Below, piece after piece: positions 48,701-59,483 of a DNA stretch of 64,000 nucleotides (its first letter is position 1; each line of letters opens with the position of its first letter). The translations under genes and the position numbers were made by a program. Below the pieces are notes generated by a model, which ran no database searches, was not told the DNA's origin, and saw nothing but the letters and a program-made list of their open reading frames with translations. Origin of the DNA: a bacterium (GTDB taxonomy: Bacteria > Krumholzibacteriota > Krumholzibacteriia > G020349025); contig JANLSU010000120.1 in the NCBI GenBank assembly GCA_031362565.1, forward strand, positions 32,001 to 96,000, written 5' to 3'.

Positions 48701-51700
48701 TTGCGCTTCGCCGGCCGACAAACCCAGGTGCCGAAGTTTGATGAGCGCGTGGGTGGCGGCGAGCGTGAAGGTTCGCGCCGCGGACTGCGGGTCGGAATAT
48801 TTGCCCGCCAGAGCGAGCGCCATCTCGCGCTCCGGCGCAATGCCGGTCGCAAACGACAAGCGGGTGCGTTCGCCGGGCATCAGGCGAATGCGCTGCCGCA
48901 GGCTGAAGACCGGATCCAAGACCGCGCCGGTCGTACCACTCAGCGCCCGCCCCTCCAGTGCGGCGGGGCGCTCGAGATTGCGGCCGCGGCCGATGAAGCG
49001 CGCCCGGTCGGTTTCCCACTCGAGCGCGCCATGCAGACGCCCTTCCGCACTGCGCACGTGCATCGCCCAAACGCTGGGATCCGTTGCCGCACGCTTGCGG
49101 CGGCCGCACAGTAGTGCCGAGATCTCCGGGTGCGCCTCGGTTTCGAGGAAGAGGCCCCCGAAGGCCGGATGCGCCAGATCATCGCCGGGCGGCGCGAGCG
49201 CCAGCTCGACATAGCTGGTGACTTCGATTTCGCGCTCTCGATCGCTCCGATTGACGAGCCGGAGACGCCGAACTTCCACGTCGTCCTCCGGCGAAACGGC
49301 GATATCGAGTTGGGTCTCGATACCGTCGTCGGTGCCGCGGAAAATGGCCCGTTCGGCGAGGAACAAACACCGGTAGTCCTTCGCTTCCTGGCGCGTCGGT
49401 TGGAAGGAGGCGGACCACACCCGTTCGCTTCGAACGTCACGCAGGTAGAGAAACGAGCTGCCGGGATCCGATGTCGAGTCCTCGCGCCAGCGACTCACGG
49501 CGATGTCGCCGCAGCGGCTTGCCGAACCGCCGGAGTTCGTGACCACGGTTACGAAGTGGCCGTTCGACAGAAACTGCGCGGTCGGAAATGGGGTGTGCGC
49601 CGAGCGGAAGCGGCGCGGCGTGGCGACGACCTCCGGTGCGACGACGCGCGCCGCTTCGCCAGGCCGCGGCCGAGTGACCGGGACAAAGCGCGGCACACGT
49701 TCCTGCAGGAGCAACTGGGTGGCGCGCACCGTCGGATCCGAATGAAAGCGCTCGACCATGCGATTCCCGAGCACGACATTGGCCAGGCTCACGAGAACCA
49801 TGCCTTGGTGGTGCGCCATATATTCCCGGACCACGGTGCCGACGGCCCGATGCCCGCGCCGGGCGGCGGGCTCGCCCGTTGTTTCGTCGCGCGGCGTGTA
49901 GTCGATCGATTCGTAGAAACCGAATCGCCCTTCCCCGCCTTCGGCCTCGAGGTGCGCGAAGTTGGCGGCGACCGCCTCGGGATCGATACCGGCGGCGAGT
50001 GCGCAGGCATAGGGCGCGATCACCAGGCTGTCGGCCAGACCGCGCTTGAGACCAAGGCCTGGAACGCCGAATTCCCGATACTGATAGTTCCCCGCCCGGT
50101 CGGTGACGTCGTACCCGGACTCGGAAATCCCCCACGGTACGTGCAGGTCGCCCGCGTACCGGCGCTGGGCGCGGACCGCGTTGCGGCAAGCCGTGTCCAG
50201 CAGCGTATCGGGATAGCTTCGCATGACGAGCAACGGCATGAGGTACTCGAACATGGTTCCGCTCCAAGACACGAGCGTCGATGCCGCGCCGACGGGCGTC
50301 AACGCCCGGCCGAGTTGGAACCAATGCAATTGCGGCACGTCGCCTTTGGCAATCGCGACGAAACTGGCGAGGCGCGCCTCGGAGGCCAGCAGATCATAGA
50401 AAGAAGCATCGAGCCCACCCGCGGTGTCCTCGTCGCCGATCCGGTAGCCGATCGAAAAAATGCGCCGCTCGCGATCGAACAGAAACGCGAAATCCATCCG
50501 CTGCAACATGTCTTGCGCGCGGCGGGCGAGCGCCAGAAACTGCTCCGCAAACAACACCGGCGGCTCGCTCGACGGGCGTCGGAGGAGCTGCGCGAGCTTT
50601 TCCGACCATTCCACGGCTTCGGCCCAGTCAGCCGCGGTACTGTCACCGCGCATTTCAACGAGGCCCGCGTGCAAGGTTTCCGCCCGCCCTGCGGCCGCCG
50701 ACAGCCGGACCCCCGGCTCGGCGCTCGACTGCAACAGCGCGCGGATTGCCGCGGCCTCGTGCCCCAACTCGGCCCGCCGTTGCAGGTCCGAACGGTGCGC
50801 TCCGTCGGGGCTCGCAAGAGCGGCCAGGCTCTCCTGCAGAAGCAGCGCGGTATCGGCGCCGCCGGCACACAGGCGCCCGGCGTCGAGCGGCTTGCTGGCG
50901 ATCTCGCGCAGCCCCGCGGCGAGCGCCAACAGCGCACCCGCGAGGTTGCCGCTGTCGACGGTCGAGACATACCGCGGCGCCAGCGGTGCGAGCGTGCTCG
51001 TGTCGTACCAGTTCAAGAGATGGCCGGCGTATTTTGTCATTCGATCGAGGGTGTCGAAGGTCCGGCCGATGCGCGCCGCCAGATCGTCGCGATGCATGTA
51101 CCCCAAGTCGTACGCGGCCAAGCTGCCGAGCAGGCCCATGGCGACATTCGTCGGCGAAGTGCGGTGCGCGATGCGCGCGGTGGGTGCTTCCTGATGGTGA
51201 TCGGGAGGCAACCAATTGTCCTCGGGGCCGGCAAACTGTTCGAAGAAGCGCCAGGTTTTCCGCGCCATGCGCCGGAAGGCCACGCGCTCCGAATCGTGCA
51301 ATGCCGAGCGCCGCGGTGCCGTGGCACGGCTCAGCCAAAGCGCGATGACGGGTGAAGCGAGCCACAGCGCCAAGAAGGGGATCGCGGTCGCGAAGCGCTC
51401 GGATCGCACATTGGGGAGAAGGACGGCGATCGCGATGGCCGTCGCCGGGGCGGCCCACATCTCACCGACGAACCCGCGGATGCCATCGTTGCGGAGCAAT
51501 CCCGCCGCGCGGGCGGCGCCGGCCGCCGCGGACTCCCATTCGAGAAGGCGCCGTTGCGTAATCAGGAGCCGCACGAGGGTGAGCGCGATCGCATGAATCA
51601 TCTCGAAGGCATGAAATGGCAGCAGCGTGACCTGCAGGAGGACCTGAGCCAGGGCGGTCGCGAGTTCCGCCCGGATATCGTGGAGAAAAATCGGCACAGG

Positions 51701-54271
51701 TTGCTGTGGACGCGGCCCGCGCAAGAGGTGGATGACGGGCGGATAGATCGGGAATGCGATCGCGAAAAGCGCCGCGGCCGTCCACAGAAGCGAGCGCCCG
51801 GGCAACCATGTCCAGGCGGAGGCAAAAAGGATCAGCAGCGCCGGCGCGAACAAACTGCGGCGAAGGTTGTCCAGGATCTTCCAGCGGCTAATGAGCGGCA
51901 ACGAGTTGCGCTCGAGCCCGTGGCGGGCCGGCACGAACGGCAGCAGCCAACGGAGGATTTGCCAATCACCGCGCACCCATCGATGCTGCCGGCGCGCGTG
52001 CGCCAGAACACTCGCCGGGAACTCGTCGACGAGTTCGACATCGGCGGCGAACGCCGTACGCGCATAGAGGCCTTCGAAGAGGTCGTGGGACAGCAACGCA
52101 TTTTCCGGCACGCGTCCGGCGAGTGCGGCGGAGAAAGCATCGACGTCGTAGATCCCCTTGCCCACGAACAGTCCCTCGGCGAACAGGTCTTGATAAGTGT
52201 CGGAGACTACGTTGCTGTAGGGGTCGACGCCCGTGTGGCCGGCATACACTCGCGCGAAGAGCGAACTCGCGGCGCTCGTCATCGTGACGCTGACCCGTGG
52301 CTGCAGAATCCCGTAGCCTTCGACGACCCGCCGCGAAGCCGGATCGAAGCGGGCTCGATTCAAGGGGTGTTCCATGATGCCGACGAGTTCGCGGACCGTT
52401 TCGCGCGGCAGGCGGGTGTCGGAATCCAGAGTGACGCAGTAGCGGATGGACGCCAGATTCGTCCGGTCGCCTTCGATCACATCGAACGAGGTGTCGGCCG
52501 CACCGCGCAGCAGCCGGTTGAATTCCTCCAGCTTGCCACGCTTGCGCTCCCATCCCATCCACACGCCCTCGGCGGGATTCCATTGGCGCCGCCGGTGAAA
52601 GAGCCGGAACCGGCCCGCACCGTGGCGGTCATTCAAAGCACGGATGGCGGCGCGCGCTGCCGCAACGATCTCCGGCTCGCCCGGCCGCTCGGCCGTGGGT
52701 GCGTCCGCGAAATCCGTCAGCAGTGCGAAGGAAACCATCGGGTCGTAGTTTCCCAGCGCTCGCACCTCGAGCTGTTCCGCGAGTTGCTGCACCCCGCCGA
52801 CGTCGAACAGCAGCGTCGGAACCACGACGATGGTTCGCGCCTGCGGCAGCAACCCGTCGTGCAATTCGAGACGCGGCAAGGCACGCGGCGGGAAGATCCG
52901 GTGCGCCAGCCGTTGCACGAGCGCCACGGCGAACTCGCTCGCCGGCAACATGACGACCAGGGCGGCGCCGAGCGCTGTCCACCAGTGTCCGCCGGTGAAA
53001 CGGGCCACCCACACGGCGGCTGCCATTCCGAGACCGGTCAACACGGTGATCGAGCCGATGTAGGCCGAGGTCGCATGCCGTGAAACAAACCGTCGCAGGC
53101 GCCTACCCAACGGGGCACGGCACGCAAGCTGCGATTCCAGCCGCGCGCGGCCCGCGCCAATGAGGTGGTATCCCACATGGGCCGTCCTGGAATCCGCGCC
53201 CTTCCGGTCGGCGGCAGCGCGCGCACTTTCGATTGCCCGCCGGGCAACGAGCAACTGTGATTCCCCGGTCGGCTCGGCAACCTGCTCCACGGCCTGGCGG
53301 TACCGATCGCGGCTCTTGAAGTTCATCGCCGAGTACACACCACCGGGATCGAGCCGCAGCACTTCCTCGATGCGGCTCAAGCGCTCCACCTGAGCATTCC
53401 AATCGATGGTTGCAATGAGGCGCAGGCTGGTGATCGAATTGGCGGTGGATGCATGACGCGTGGTGAGGCGTTGCTGCTGCGCCAGCACCACTTCTTCTTC
53501 CGAGCTCCATTGCGGCCGCAAGCGCCCGTCGACAACGGCTGCCAGTTCCTCCGCCCGGGGGCCTGCTTCGCGGAGACACTGGAGGAGATGCGCCGCGAAC
53601 CCGAGCTCGATGTCGTCGGGCAGGCCCGGCAACTTGGCGCCTGCCGCCTCGAAGCGCGCGAAATAACGCTCCGCCTCCAGCTGTTGCCGGCGGTTGTCGA
53701 GCAGCTCACCCGCCAGGCCACCCAGGTTCTCCAGGAGGGCGAGGCGCAGCACGCTCGGCCAGGCCCACAACTCGCCGATCGTGAGCGGCGCAACCGCCTG
53801 GTAGGCGTTCAAGAATCGAAACAGCCGTTCGACGTCGAGCCGCGCGTCGCTGCGGCGCACGATTTCGAGTGCGGCAACGTGAATTCGCGCCAGGGCCCGG
53901 CCGGTTTCGGGCACCAGCTTGGGCAGTTCGAGATAGTAGCGGCGCGGCAGATTGCGTTTGGTCTCGCGGATCTCGGACTCGATGAGGTGAAAATTGTCGA
54001 GCAACCATTCGACGGCGGGGGTGACGGATTCCCCGTGCCGCGCCGCCGCAGAAAAAGCTTGATAGGTGCGGCGCAGCGCTGCGGCGATGGTCTCGATGCG
54101 TGAGTTGCAGTCGAACGCCCGGCGCCATGGATCGCGGGCCATGACGTGGTTGGCGGCGAGTTCGCGCGCCCGCTCCTCCAGGCCCTCGACGCTCAGGAAC
54201 TGTGTTCCAGAGGGGTCTTCGGATGGGAGTCGAGAGCGCCCGGCCGCAGCGGATCGTCGCCGTCGTCGCAT
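45704..54271 (-). CDS. cgs: Cyclic beta-1,2-glucan synthase (Cgs/NdvB/ChvB) with GT84, glucoamylase-like and GH94 domains
   Basis: 2855 aa. 'EWLLDNF', 'WERKRGKL', 'LDSDT', 'LLSHDLFEG', 'RWVRGDWQ', '[11 protein letters not shown]', 'WGISES', 'GFRDQLQD', 'GDWNDG', '[10 protein letters not shown]', 'WYTGSAGW'. Confidence 0.95.
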   Translation of the reverse strand: MRRRRRSAAAGRSRLPSEDPSGTQFLSVEGLEERARELAANHVMARDPWRRAFDCNSRIETIAAALRRTYQAFSAAARHGESVTPAVEWLLDNFHLIESEIRETKRNLPRRYYLELPKLVPETGRALARIHVAALEIVRRSDARLDVERLFRFLNAYQAVAPLTIGELWAWPSVLRLALLENLGGLAGELLDNRRQQLEAERYFARFEAAGAKLPGLPDDIELGFAAHLLQCLREAGPRAEELAAVVDGRLRPQWSSEEEVVLAQQQRLTTRHASTANSITSLRLIATIDWNAQVERLSRIEEVLRLDPGGVYSAMNFKSRDRYRQAVEQVAEPTGESQLLVARRAIESARAAADRKGADSRTAHVGYHLIGAGRARLESQLACRAPLGRRLRRFVSRHATSAYIGSITVLTGLGMAAAVWVARFTGGHWWTALGAALVVMLPASEFAVALVQRLAHRIFPPRALPRLELHDGLLPQARTIVVVPTLLFDVGGVQQLAEQLEVRALGNYDPMVSFALLTDFADAPTAERPGEPEIVAAARAAIRALNDRHGAGRFRLFHRRRQWNPAEGVWMGWERKRGKLEEFNRLLRGAADTSFDVIEGDRTNLASIRYCVTLDSDTRLPRETVRELVGIMEHPLNRARFDPASRRVVEGYGILQPRVSVTMTSAASSLFARVYAGHTGVDPYSNVVSDTYQDLFAEGLFVGKGIYDVDAFSAALAGRVPENALLSHDLFEGLYARTAFAADVELVDEFPASVLAHARRQHRWVRGDWQILRWLLPFVPARHGLERNSLPLISRWKILDNLRRSLFAPALLILFASAWTWLPGRSLLWTAAALFAIAFPIYPPVIHLLRGPRPQQPVPIFLHDIRAELATALAQVLLQVTLLPFHAFEMIHAIALTLVRLLITQRRLLEWESAAAGAARAAGLLRNDGIRGFVGEMWAAPATAIAIAVLLPNVRSERFATAIPFLALWLASPVIALWLSRATAPRRSALHDSERVAFRRMARKTWRFFEQFAGPEDNWLPPDHHQEAPTARIAHRTSPTNVAMGLLGSLAAYDLGYMHRDDLAARIGRTFDTLDRMTKYAGHLLNWYDTSTLAPLAPRYVSTVDSGNLAGALLALAAGLREIASKPLDAGRLCAGGADTALLLQESLAALASPDGAHRSDLQRRAELGHEAAAIRALLQSSAEPGVRLSAAAGRAETLHAGLVEMRGDSTAADWAEAVEWSEKLAQLLRRPSSEPPVLFAEQFLALARRAQDMLQRMDFAFLFDRERRIFSIGYRIGDEDTAGGLDASFYDLLASEARLASFVAIAKGDVPQLHWFQLGRALTPVGAASTLVSWSGTMFEYLMPLLVMRSYPDTLLDTACRNAVRAQRRYAGDLHVPWGISESGYDVTDRAGNYQYREFGVPGLGLKRGLADSLVIAPYACALAAGIDPEAVAANFAHLEAEGGEGRFGFYESIDYTPRDETTGEPAARRGHRAVGTVVREYMAHHQGMVLVSLANVVLGNRMVERFHSDPTVRATQLLLQERVPRFVPVTRPRPGEAARVVAPEVVATPRRFRSAHTPFPTAQFLSNGHFVTVVTNSGGSASRCGDIAVSRWREDSTSDPGSSFLYLRDVRSERVWSASFQPTRQEAKDYRCLFLAERAIFRGTDDGIETQLDIAVSPEDDVEVRRLRLVNRSDREREIEVTSYVELALAPPGDDLAHPAFGGLFLETEAHPEISALLCGRRKRAATDPSVWAMHVRSAEGRLHGALEWETDRARFIGRGRNLERPAALEGRALSGTTGAVLDPVFSLRQRIRLMPGERTRLSFATGIAPEREMALALAGKYSDPQSAARTFTLAATHALIKLRHLGLSAGEAQLFERLASRVFYADGSMRAAPEFGAANELAQSGLWGFGISGDLPIVLVRVVEADDLALVRQVLQAQEYWRLAALRADVVILNEYPGSYLGQMHDSLAELLRSGPWASWRDRSGGAFLTRADAMPVNQKFLLCTVARVVLSGDRGSLAEQIERPIPEAAAPRVLRPTRQPEERLPDDQAEPVLPGLTFANGIGGYTADGREYVIALRGDEQTPLPWSHVLANPRFGTLVTAAGCAFTWSENSRENRLTPFANDPVTESTSEAVYLRDDDTGQVWGATPGPLRRAREDPLWVARFGAGVARFEHARHGLHHELTQFVHADEAVKFVRLSITNRSPRTRRASAFAYFQWALCPPRAGDHLHVVTEFDAASATVLARNPYNEDFAARVAFVHCASHLRSATGDRAEFIGRNRSVANPAGLENELLGGRFGAGLDPCAVLHAALDLHPGETHEILFLVGQAADRAAALDCVRRLGSGAAANAALAAVEAGWDDLLEAVRVHTPDDSFDLLINRWLVYQDVACRLWARTGFYQSSGAFGFRDQLQDVLALSWSAPTLFRDHVLHAASRQFLEGDVQHWWHPVTGRGVRTRCSDDLLWLPFAVAHYLQTVGDRRILDVDVPFLEAPVLEPGAGESYGQPAVSQQSATLYEHCVRAIDRALVVGTHGLPLFGTGDWNDGMNRVGHEGRGESVWLGWFLALILRDFESIALGRNDVSHASRYKQEVTRLATMLDQAWDGSWYRRGYFDDGSPLGSSQSEECRIDSISQSWAVLSGVADPGKCERALDAVRQHLVHRDTQLIQLLSPPFDRTPHDPGYIKGYVPGVRENGGQYTHAAAWVVMATALQGGGEEAVEFFHLLNPINHTRTRRAAERYRAEPYVIAADVYAHPMHSGRGGWTWYTGSAGWMHRAGLEAILGLRRRGTHFSLQPHIPATWQGFTISIRLGRTRYEIVVDNPDGISEGRIVATFNGAGVDAEAIPCADDGGTHHVHATLHRQTAVRPVPVLGRE

Positions 54272-54346
54272 CTTTGATCCGCCTTTGAGCTGCCGGCTGC
54301 GTACGGCGGTTCGCGACCCGTGATTTCCGACCCTACAGTGGACCGG

Positions 54347-54420
54347 ATGACATCGTCATGACGCCAATATGACAGATTCTTCATGCACGAGGTGTAATGA
54401 ATGCGTCAGGCCGCTGTCAT
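54347..54420. promoter_or_regulatory. Divergent arrays of TGTCAT-like 11-bp-period direct repeats
   Basis: ATGAC at 54347/54358/54369 (minus strand TGTCAT-N5-CGTCAT-N5-TGTCAT) and TGTAAT/CGTCAG/TGTCAT at 54393/54404/54415. Confidence 0.55.
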
Positions 54421-54486
54421 CTTTTGAGTCGCATTCTGTCGGCGTGGATCTTGGTTCTCGACTCATGATTCCAAGGAGGTTCGACC

Positions 54487-54639
54487 ATGTTGTGGACTAT
54501 TGCAGTTGTTCTAGTGGTTTTGTGGCTTCTCGGACTCGTCAGTTCTTACACCATGGGCGGATTCATTCATGTGCTTCTCATTCTTGCAATCGCGGCGGTA
54601 TTGATTCGCCTGATTCAGGGGCGTCGGCCCGTCGTTTGA
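54487..54639 (+). CDS. lmo0937-family small membrane protein (absent from the ORF track)
   Basis: AAGGAGG RBS. MLWTIAVVLVVLWLLGLVSSYTMGGFIHVLLILAIAAVLIRLIQGRRPVV*. Confidence 0.92.
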   Translation: MLWTIAVVLVVLWLLGLVSSYTMGGFIHVLLILAIAAVLIRLIQGRRPVV

Positions 54640-54687
54640 GCGCGCGGCATCCGCACTCGCAGTGCCGTCCTGGAGGGATGAAAGGCG

Positions 54688-55173
54688 ATGCAGTTGGTGT
54701 GGTTTGTCGTCGGTCTCGTCGTGATGTACTGGCTCGACCCCACCTCGGGGTCGAGCCGCCGGAGGCTGTGGCTGTCGCGCGGCTGGTTCGTGCTGCGAGG
54801 GCTTGGCGGTGCTTCGCGGCGGCGGTTACGCGCTTTCCCGTCGGCGCCCCTGGCGTCGGTCGCCGCGCTGCGCTCCCGGCGCGCGGCCAGTATTGAGGCC
54901 TTGAGCGAGGACGAACTGTTGGAGCGCATCTGCGACGAACTCGACGGTGTCTCGCATCCGCAGATCGCGGTTCATGTCGAGTCGCGCCGGGTCACCCTTT
55001 CGGGGCCGATTCTGGCGCGCGAGGTCGTGACACTGCTGCGCAGGGTTGCCAAGGTGCCCGGCGTCGAGACGGTCAGCAACCATCTGTCCGTGAAACGGGA
55101 TTCGGATGCACGAGTGCGCTGGCTGCCGGCACGGCGGCGGCGGCGGCGGCCCGATTCCGTGTCAGCTCACTGA
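54688..55173 (+). CDS. BON domain protein
   Basis: N-terminal TM 'MYWLDP..G..RR', then 'IAVHVESRRVTLSG...VAKVPGVETVSNHL'. Confidence 0.8.
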   Translation: MQLVWFVVGLVVMYWLDPTSGSSRRRLWLSRGWFVLRGLGGASRRRLRAFPSAPLASVAALRSRRAASIEALSEDELLERICDELDGVSHPQIAVHVESRRVTLSGPILAREVVTLLRRVAKVPGVETVSNHLSVKRDSDARVRWLPARRRRRRPDSVSAH

Positions 55174-56140
55174 AGCCCCTCGATCACATCCGCTGCAACC
55201 GGCAGCGTTCCACCGGCTCGTGGGGCTTGCTTCGGAGGCGCGCCCGGGATCGCGTACGACGCCAAGGCGGCTTGGATGTCGAGCATGCGCCGCGCCGCTT
55301 CCTGTCTGCCGATCGCGATGATCTCTGAAATCTTATCGGGATTGGCGGCGAGATCGAACGGAATTTCCGGCTTCAAGCAGACATCGAACTGCCCGAGCAC
55401 GAGCTCGGCGTATTGGTCCTGCATGATGAGCGACATCGAGCGCCATAGCAGCCGTAGCATGTCGGGCGGCGCCTGGCGCGAACTGCGCGGCCCCGCCGCG
55501 TCGCGGATATCGGCGATGCGTTGCCGGACGTCGTCGGGGCGCTGGCGAATCGCCCGCACCGGAATCTTCAAATCCGCTCCCAACATTTCCAGAAGATGAA
55601 CTGGGATCGGTGAAATGACCGCGCCATCCACCAGGTAGGTATCACCCCATTCCACCGGCGTGAAGATGCCAGGCAAGCTGATCGAGGCCCGCACTGCCGG
55701 GAAGACCGGGCCCGACTTGAAGACCACTTCTTGACCGGTCAGCAAGTCGGCCGCCGGCACGGCGAAGGGTATTTTGAGGCTCTCGAATGTCGTGTCTTCC
55801 CGCATCAAATCACCCAGCACTCGGAGGATCGAATTGCCCTGCACGAAGCCGGCGCGAGTCGGGCGCAGATCCCGCAGCAAGGCGGGAATCAACCGTTTGC
55901 GTTGAAAGAAACCCTTGAAACGCTCCTCGAGCTCCTGCGGCGAGTAGCCGTAGGCGTACAAGAGGCCGATGATCGAACCCATGCTCGTGCCCGCCCAAAC
56001 GGCAGTCCACCGCCGAAGGCGAGTCCCAGTCTGGGGCGGGCGGGGGCCTGCCCCTCTTTTTGAACGGCGGCTTTTTTCAATGCGGCTCCTTGCAACTTCG
56101 AGACGATCCAAGTGTTGGCGAATTCACGTGACTCGTCCAT
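55167..56140 (-). pseudogene. Patatin-like phospholipase disrupted by deletion and frameshift near 56000
   Basis: 'RLGLAFGGG' is in the 55889..56140 frame while 'AGTSMG', 'RASISLPGIF' and 'LVDG' are in the 55167..56111 frame. The intervening 'AHIGVL..LE' helix is missing. Confidence 0.75.
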
Positions 56141-56291
56141 TGCGTCAACATGACAAACGCGTCATGTGCGCTGGGGATCGATGCGGCGCCGGTTCTTTTT
56201 GACTTTTCAGCAGCGCCGCCGTTCTCTAAACTTAGCGCCGTGCACGCTTGGGCGCGCCAGCATGGCTACCGCAGGATCTCGAGGAGACCGT

Positions 56292-56693
56292 ATGACTGAC
56301 AGCAGTGCTATTCGCCTGCTTTGCGTCGACGACAATCCCGACTTGTCGTTTCTGCTGCACAAACAGATCGGGCTCCAGGACGACATGGAAAGTGTCGGGC
56401 TGGCGCACGATCTGGACGACGTCCTCGACGCCGTCACCCGCACCCAGCCCGATGTCGTCGTCATGGACTTTTCGATGCTCGGCAGGGATGCACTCACCAC
56501 GATGGTCGAGATCCAAACCGCCTACCCGCAGATTCGCACCCTGATCTACTCCGGCTATGACGATGCGGAGACGATCGACCGGGCGCGGCAAGCCGGCGCC
56601 TGGGGGTACGCGGTGAAATGCCGGGACATCGAAGACCTGTTCCAAGCCATCCGCCGCGTTGCCGGCGGGGAGCGGGTTTTCCCGCCGAATTGA
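56292..56693 (+). CDS. Receiver-only response regulator (NarL-like REC)
   Basis: GAGGAG RBS, 'LCVDD', 'PDVVVMD', 'YSG', 'AGAWGYAVK', 'AIRRVAGG'. No HTH. Confidence 0.85.
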   Translation: MTDSSAIRLLCVDDNPDLSFLLHKQIGLQDDMESVGLAHDLDDVLDAVTRTQPDVVVMDFSMLGRDALTTMVEIQTAYPQIRTLIYSGYDDAETIDRARQAGAWGYAVKCRDIEDLFQAIRRVAGGERVFPPN

Positions 56694-57051
56694 TCCTCGG
56701 CGTCGGATTTCCCGCCGCCCGAGCCACCCTCGATGTCCATCATGTCACGCAGCTGTCATGCATTCGTTACGTGCCAAGGGCTATTCTGCGCCGGAGTTTC
56801 CCCGATGCAGGATGCAACATTGCGGGGAAGGCGGCTGACGCGTAACGGAGTGTGTCGCGCCGCCGAAACGGGGAGGCCCCTCTGACGCCGAGCGAGTGCC
56901 TCCCGAGACCAAGGTGGGCGCCCCCGATCGTAAAACAGCGGGGGCGCCACCAGAACGACTCGGTGAAATCCCCGTAGAACCGATGCACAGCCCCAACGGT
57001 GACCTAGGTCTCGGCGACAGAACGCCGCGGGAAATTCCCAAGAGGTCGAGA

Positions 57052-57591
57052 GTGCCCCATCACATCATCGCGCCACTCCCAGGCAGCAGCACCCCACGCG
57101 ATGGAGCGCTGCACAAGAACATCCAAACCGTTGCCGAGTTGGAACATCAGGCCAAGCGTGACCGCTCACTCGCGCATCGACTGGGCGATCCGATCGCCAA
57201 CTTCGCCGGCACGATGCCGTTCATTTTTCTGCACCTGCTCTGGTTCGGGGCTTGGGTCCTGATCAATATGGGCCGAGTTCCGGGGATGCAGGCGTTCGAC
57301 CCGTATCCATTCACGTTCTTGACCTTTTGTGTTTCCCTCGAGGCGATCATCCTTTCAGCTTTCGTTTTGATGAGCCAGAACCGCATGAGCCGCCAGTCCG
57401 ACGAGCGCGCTCACCTCGACCTGCAGATCAATCTGCTGGCGGAACAGGAGTCGACCGAGGCGCTGCACCTTCTTCAACAGATTTGCGCCCATCTTGGTGT
57501 GCCCGAGAGCGCAAACCCGGACGCGGCGGCGTTAGCCGCAAAGACGAACGCCGGAGACGTCGCGCAAATGGTGCGCAAGCAACTGCCATGA
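57052..57591 (+). CDS. DUF1003 domain membrane protein
   Basis: 'FAGTMPFI', 'FDPYPFTFLT..VSLEAIILSAFVLMSQNR', 'DLQINLLAEQE'. Confidence 0.9.
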   Translation: MPHHIIAPLPGSSTPRDGALHKNIQTVAELEHQAKRDRSLAHRLGDPIANFAGTMPFIFLHLLWFGAWVLINMGRVPGMQAFDPYPFTFLTFCVSLEAIILSAFVLMSQNRMSRQSDERAHLDLQINLLAEQESTEALHLLQQICAHLGVPESANPDAAALAAKTNAGDVAQMVRKQLP

Positions 57592-57651
57592 GCTGGCCAG
57601 TGTGTTGCTCTGCGGCTTCGCGAAGCGCGACAAACCCTGGAGGGGAAACAA

Positions 57652-57780
57652 ATGAGCAAGGTACTGCGGGGGCTCGCGGCCGGATGGGGCGCCAAGAGAA
57701 TGGGCGGCGGCTGTATGGGTACAGTGGTCGTGTTTCTGATCTTGTGGTGGTTACTCGGACACTTTGGAGTGTTCAAGTGA
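57652..57780 (+). CDS. Small 42-aa membrane protein (absent from the ORF track)
   Basis: GGAGGGG RBS. MSKVLRGLAAGWGAKRMGGGCMGTVVVFLILWWLLGHFGVFK*. Confidence 0.7.
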   Translation: MSKVLRGLAAGWGAKRMGGGCMGTVVVFLILWWLLGHFGVFK

Positions 57781-58881
57781 GGCGCCGCCCGGCGGCAGCG
57801 TGAAAAAGAACGTCGCGCCATGGCCGGGCTGCGCGTCGGCCCAGATGCGGCCCCCATGCTGCTCGACGATGCGTTTGGCCATCGCCAATCCGACTCCCGA
57901 GCCTTCGAAGTCATCGATACTGTGGAGCCGCTGAAACAATCCGAAGAGCTTGTCGGCGTAGCGGCGGTCGAATCCCGCGCCGTTGTCTTTGACGTAGTAC
58001 ACGTCGTTACCGTCCAACGCCATCGAGCCAATCTCGATGGCCGGCGCCGGACTCTTGGCGCTGAACTTCACAGCGTTTTGCAGCAGGCTCATCCACACCC
58101 GAAAGACGAGCGTTGGGTCCCCGTACGCTGCGGGTAGAGCCTGAACTGTAATCTTCGCGCGGTGTTCCAAGCCGGATTGCTGCAGGCGGCAAACGGCGCC
58201 TTCAACCTGGTCCGCCATGTCGAGGGGCTCCGGTCTACATTCAGCCGCACCGAGTTCCATGAAATGGACCAAACCATCCACGAGGCCGCGCATGCGTTTC
58301 GCGTTGGACAAGACCAACGCGAGCATGCGTTGGCCGTCGGAACCGAGATTGGCGCCCTGTTCGTCGGCCAAGATCCGCGCGAAGCCATCGATCGCCCGCA
58401 ACGGCGCGGTCATTTCATGCCCCAAGGTACGGGCGAGCGCCCGCAGTTCCGAGTTCGTGTGCGGTGCGTCGGTGGGACGGCCCGGCAGGGGCTCGACAGC
58501 CGCGGCCGCGCGCAACAAGATCAGCAGCCGCGATTCACCATCGACTTCGAGGCGCTCGGCGAACGCCTGCATTGCCATGACGAGCCCGGCGCGAGTTCGG
58601 CAGGCCACAGGGCGCATCGCCGGCTCGTGACCGGCGGGCACGGCGCCTGCGAGAGCGAGTTCGGGTGCCCCACTGATGAGCACAGCGGACAATGCCACGC
58701 CGGCGATCAACTCCGCGCGTGAATAACCCACGCAGCGGCACGCCGCCGCGCTCGCTTCGACGATCCGGTCGTTGCCCGGGTCGATTTCAAAAATGACATC
58801 GGTGGCGTGCTGCAGGACCCAACGATAGCGGCCCGCCGGCGTAAGTTCTGCGGTCTTTCGGCTCATGATGATTGCGTCCAT
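57751..58881 (-). CDS. PAS-domain sensor histidine kinase
   Basis: PAS 'ATDVIFEID...ACRCVGYSRAEL', H-box 'GHEMTAPLRAIDGF', 'NAVKFS', 'KDNGAGFD', 'FQRLH', 'GSGVGLA'. Confidence 0.9.
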   Translation of the reverse strand: MDAIIMSRKTAELTPAGRYRWVLQHATDVIFEIDPGNDRIVEASAAACRCVGYSRAELIAGVALSAVLISGAPELALAGAVPAGHEPAMRPVACRTRAGLVMAMQAFAERLEVDGESRLLILLRAAAAVEPLPGRPTDAPHTNSELRALARTLGHEMTAPLRAIDGFARILADEQGANLGSDGQRMLALVLSNAKRMRGLVDGLVHFMELGAAECRPEPLDMADQVEGAVCRLQQSGLEHRAKITVQALPAAYGDPTLVFRVWMSLLQNAVKFSAKSPAPAIEIGSMALDGNDVYYVKDNGAGFDRRYADKLFGLFQRLHSIDDFEGSGVGLAMAKRIVEQHGGRIWADAQPGHGATFFFTLPPGGASLEHSKVSE

Positions 58882-58973
58882 GTCGGGTTGCTTGGGATGA
58901 GCCTACAGCGGAGCGCCGCAGGGGTCAAACTTTGGGGCGGCGAAGGGGCCCCGCCGCGCGCTTTCGATTCCTG

Positions 58974-59026
58974 TTGACGGACCCGACCCCGCGGTCCTAT
59001 TCTGTCCTTATTGAGATTGAGTCTCA
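58974..59026 (+). promoter_or_regulatory. sigma70 promoter with Fur-box-like operator
   Basis: TTGACG-18 nt-TATTCT, then inverted repeat TGAGA-ttgag-TCTCA (59012-59026) upstream of heme-utilisation genes. Confidence 0.65.
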
Positions 59027-59189
59027 GGCGCAACAGGCAGACGGGCGCCGAGGCGACCCCCGCCCCTGCTGGGCTGGGGTAGTCTCAAAGCATGTGGCCA
59101 GAGGCATGAAGAGCCCCGAGCCCGGTCAGTCCACCCAACGGACCGCCGGGCTCTTGCTTTTGGAGAGGCTGGTGCGCTTCGAGATTCGC

Positions 59190-59483
59190 TGCCGGGGCTA
59201 CTTGACGCTTTCGGGCGGCGAACGACAACGCGTCCACTTGGCGCGCGTCCTCGTCCAGCTTGCTCTGTCGTACGCCGATCGCATTGCCTTGCTGCGCCGC
59301 GGACGCATTGTCGAGTGCGGCGCGCCGGGAGCCGTGTTGACCCCGGCGCACGTCCTCGCGACGTTCGATGTCGCGGTGACTATTGTCTCGGATCCGCGCC
59401 TCGCGGCACCATTCATCGTCCCGCTGGCCGTGAAAGGGACACCCCGCACTGATATGCCACGAGAGAAGGAGCACGTGCGATGA
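59190..59483 (+). pseudogene. hmuV: Remnant of heme ABC transporter ATP-binding protein
   Basis: 'YLTLSGGERQRVHLARVLVQL' is joined directly to 'ALSYADRIALLRRG'. Walker A, Walker B/D-loop and H-loop are missing. Confidence 0.7.
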
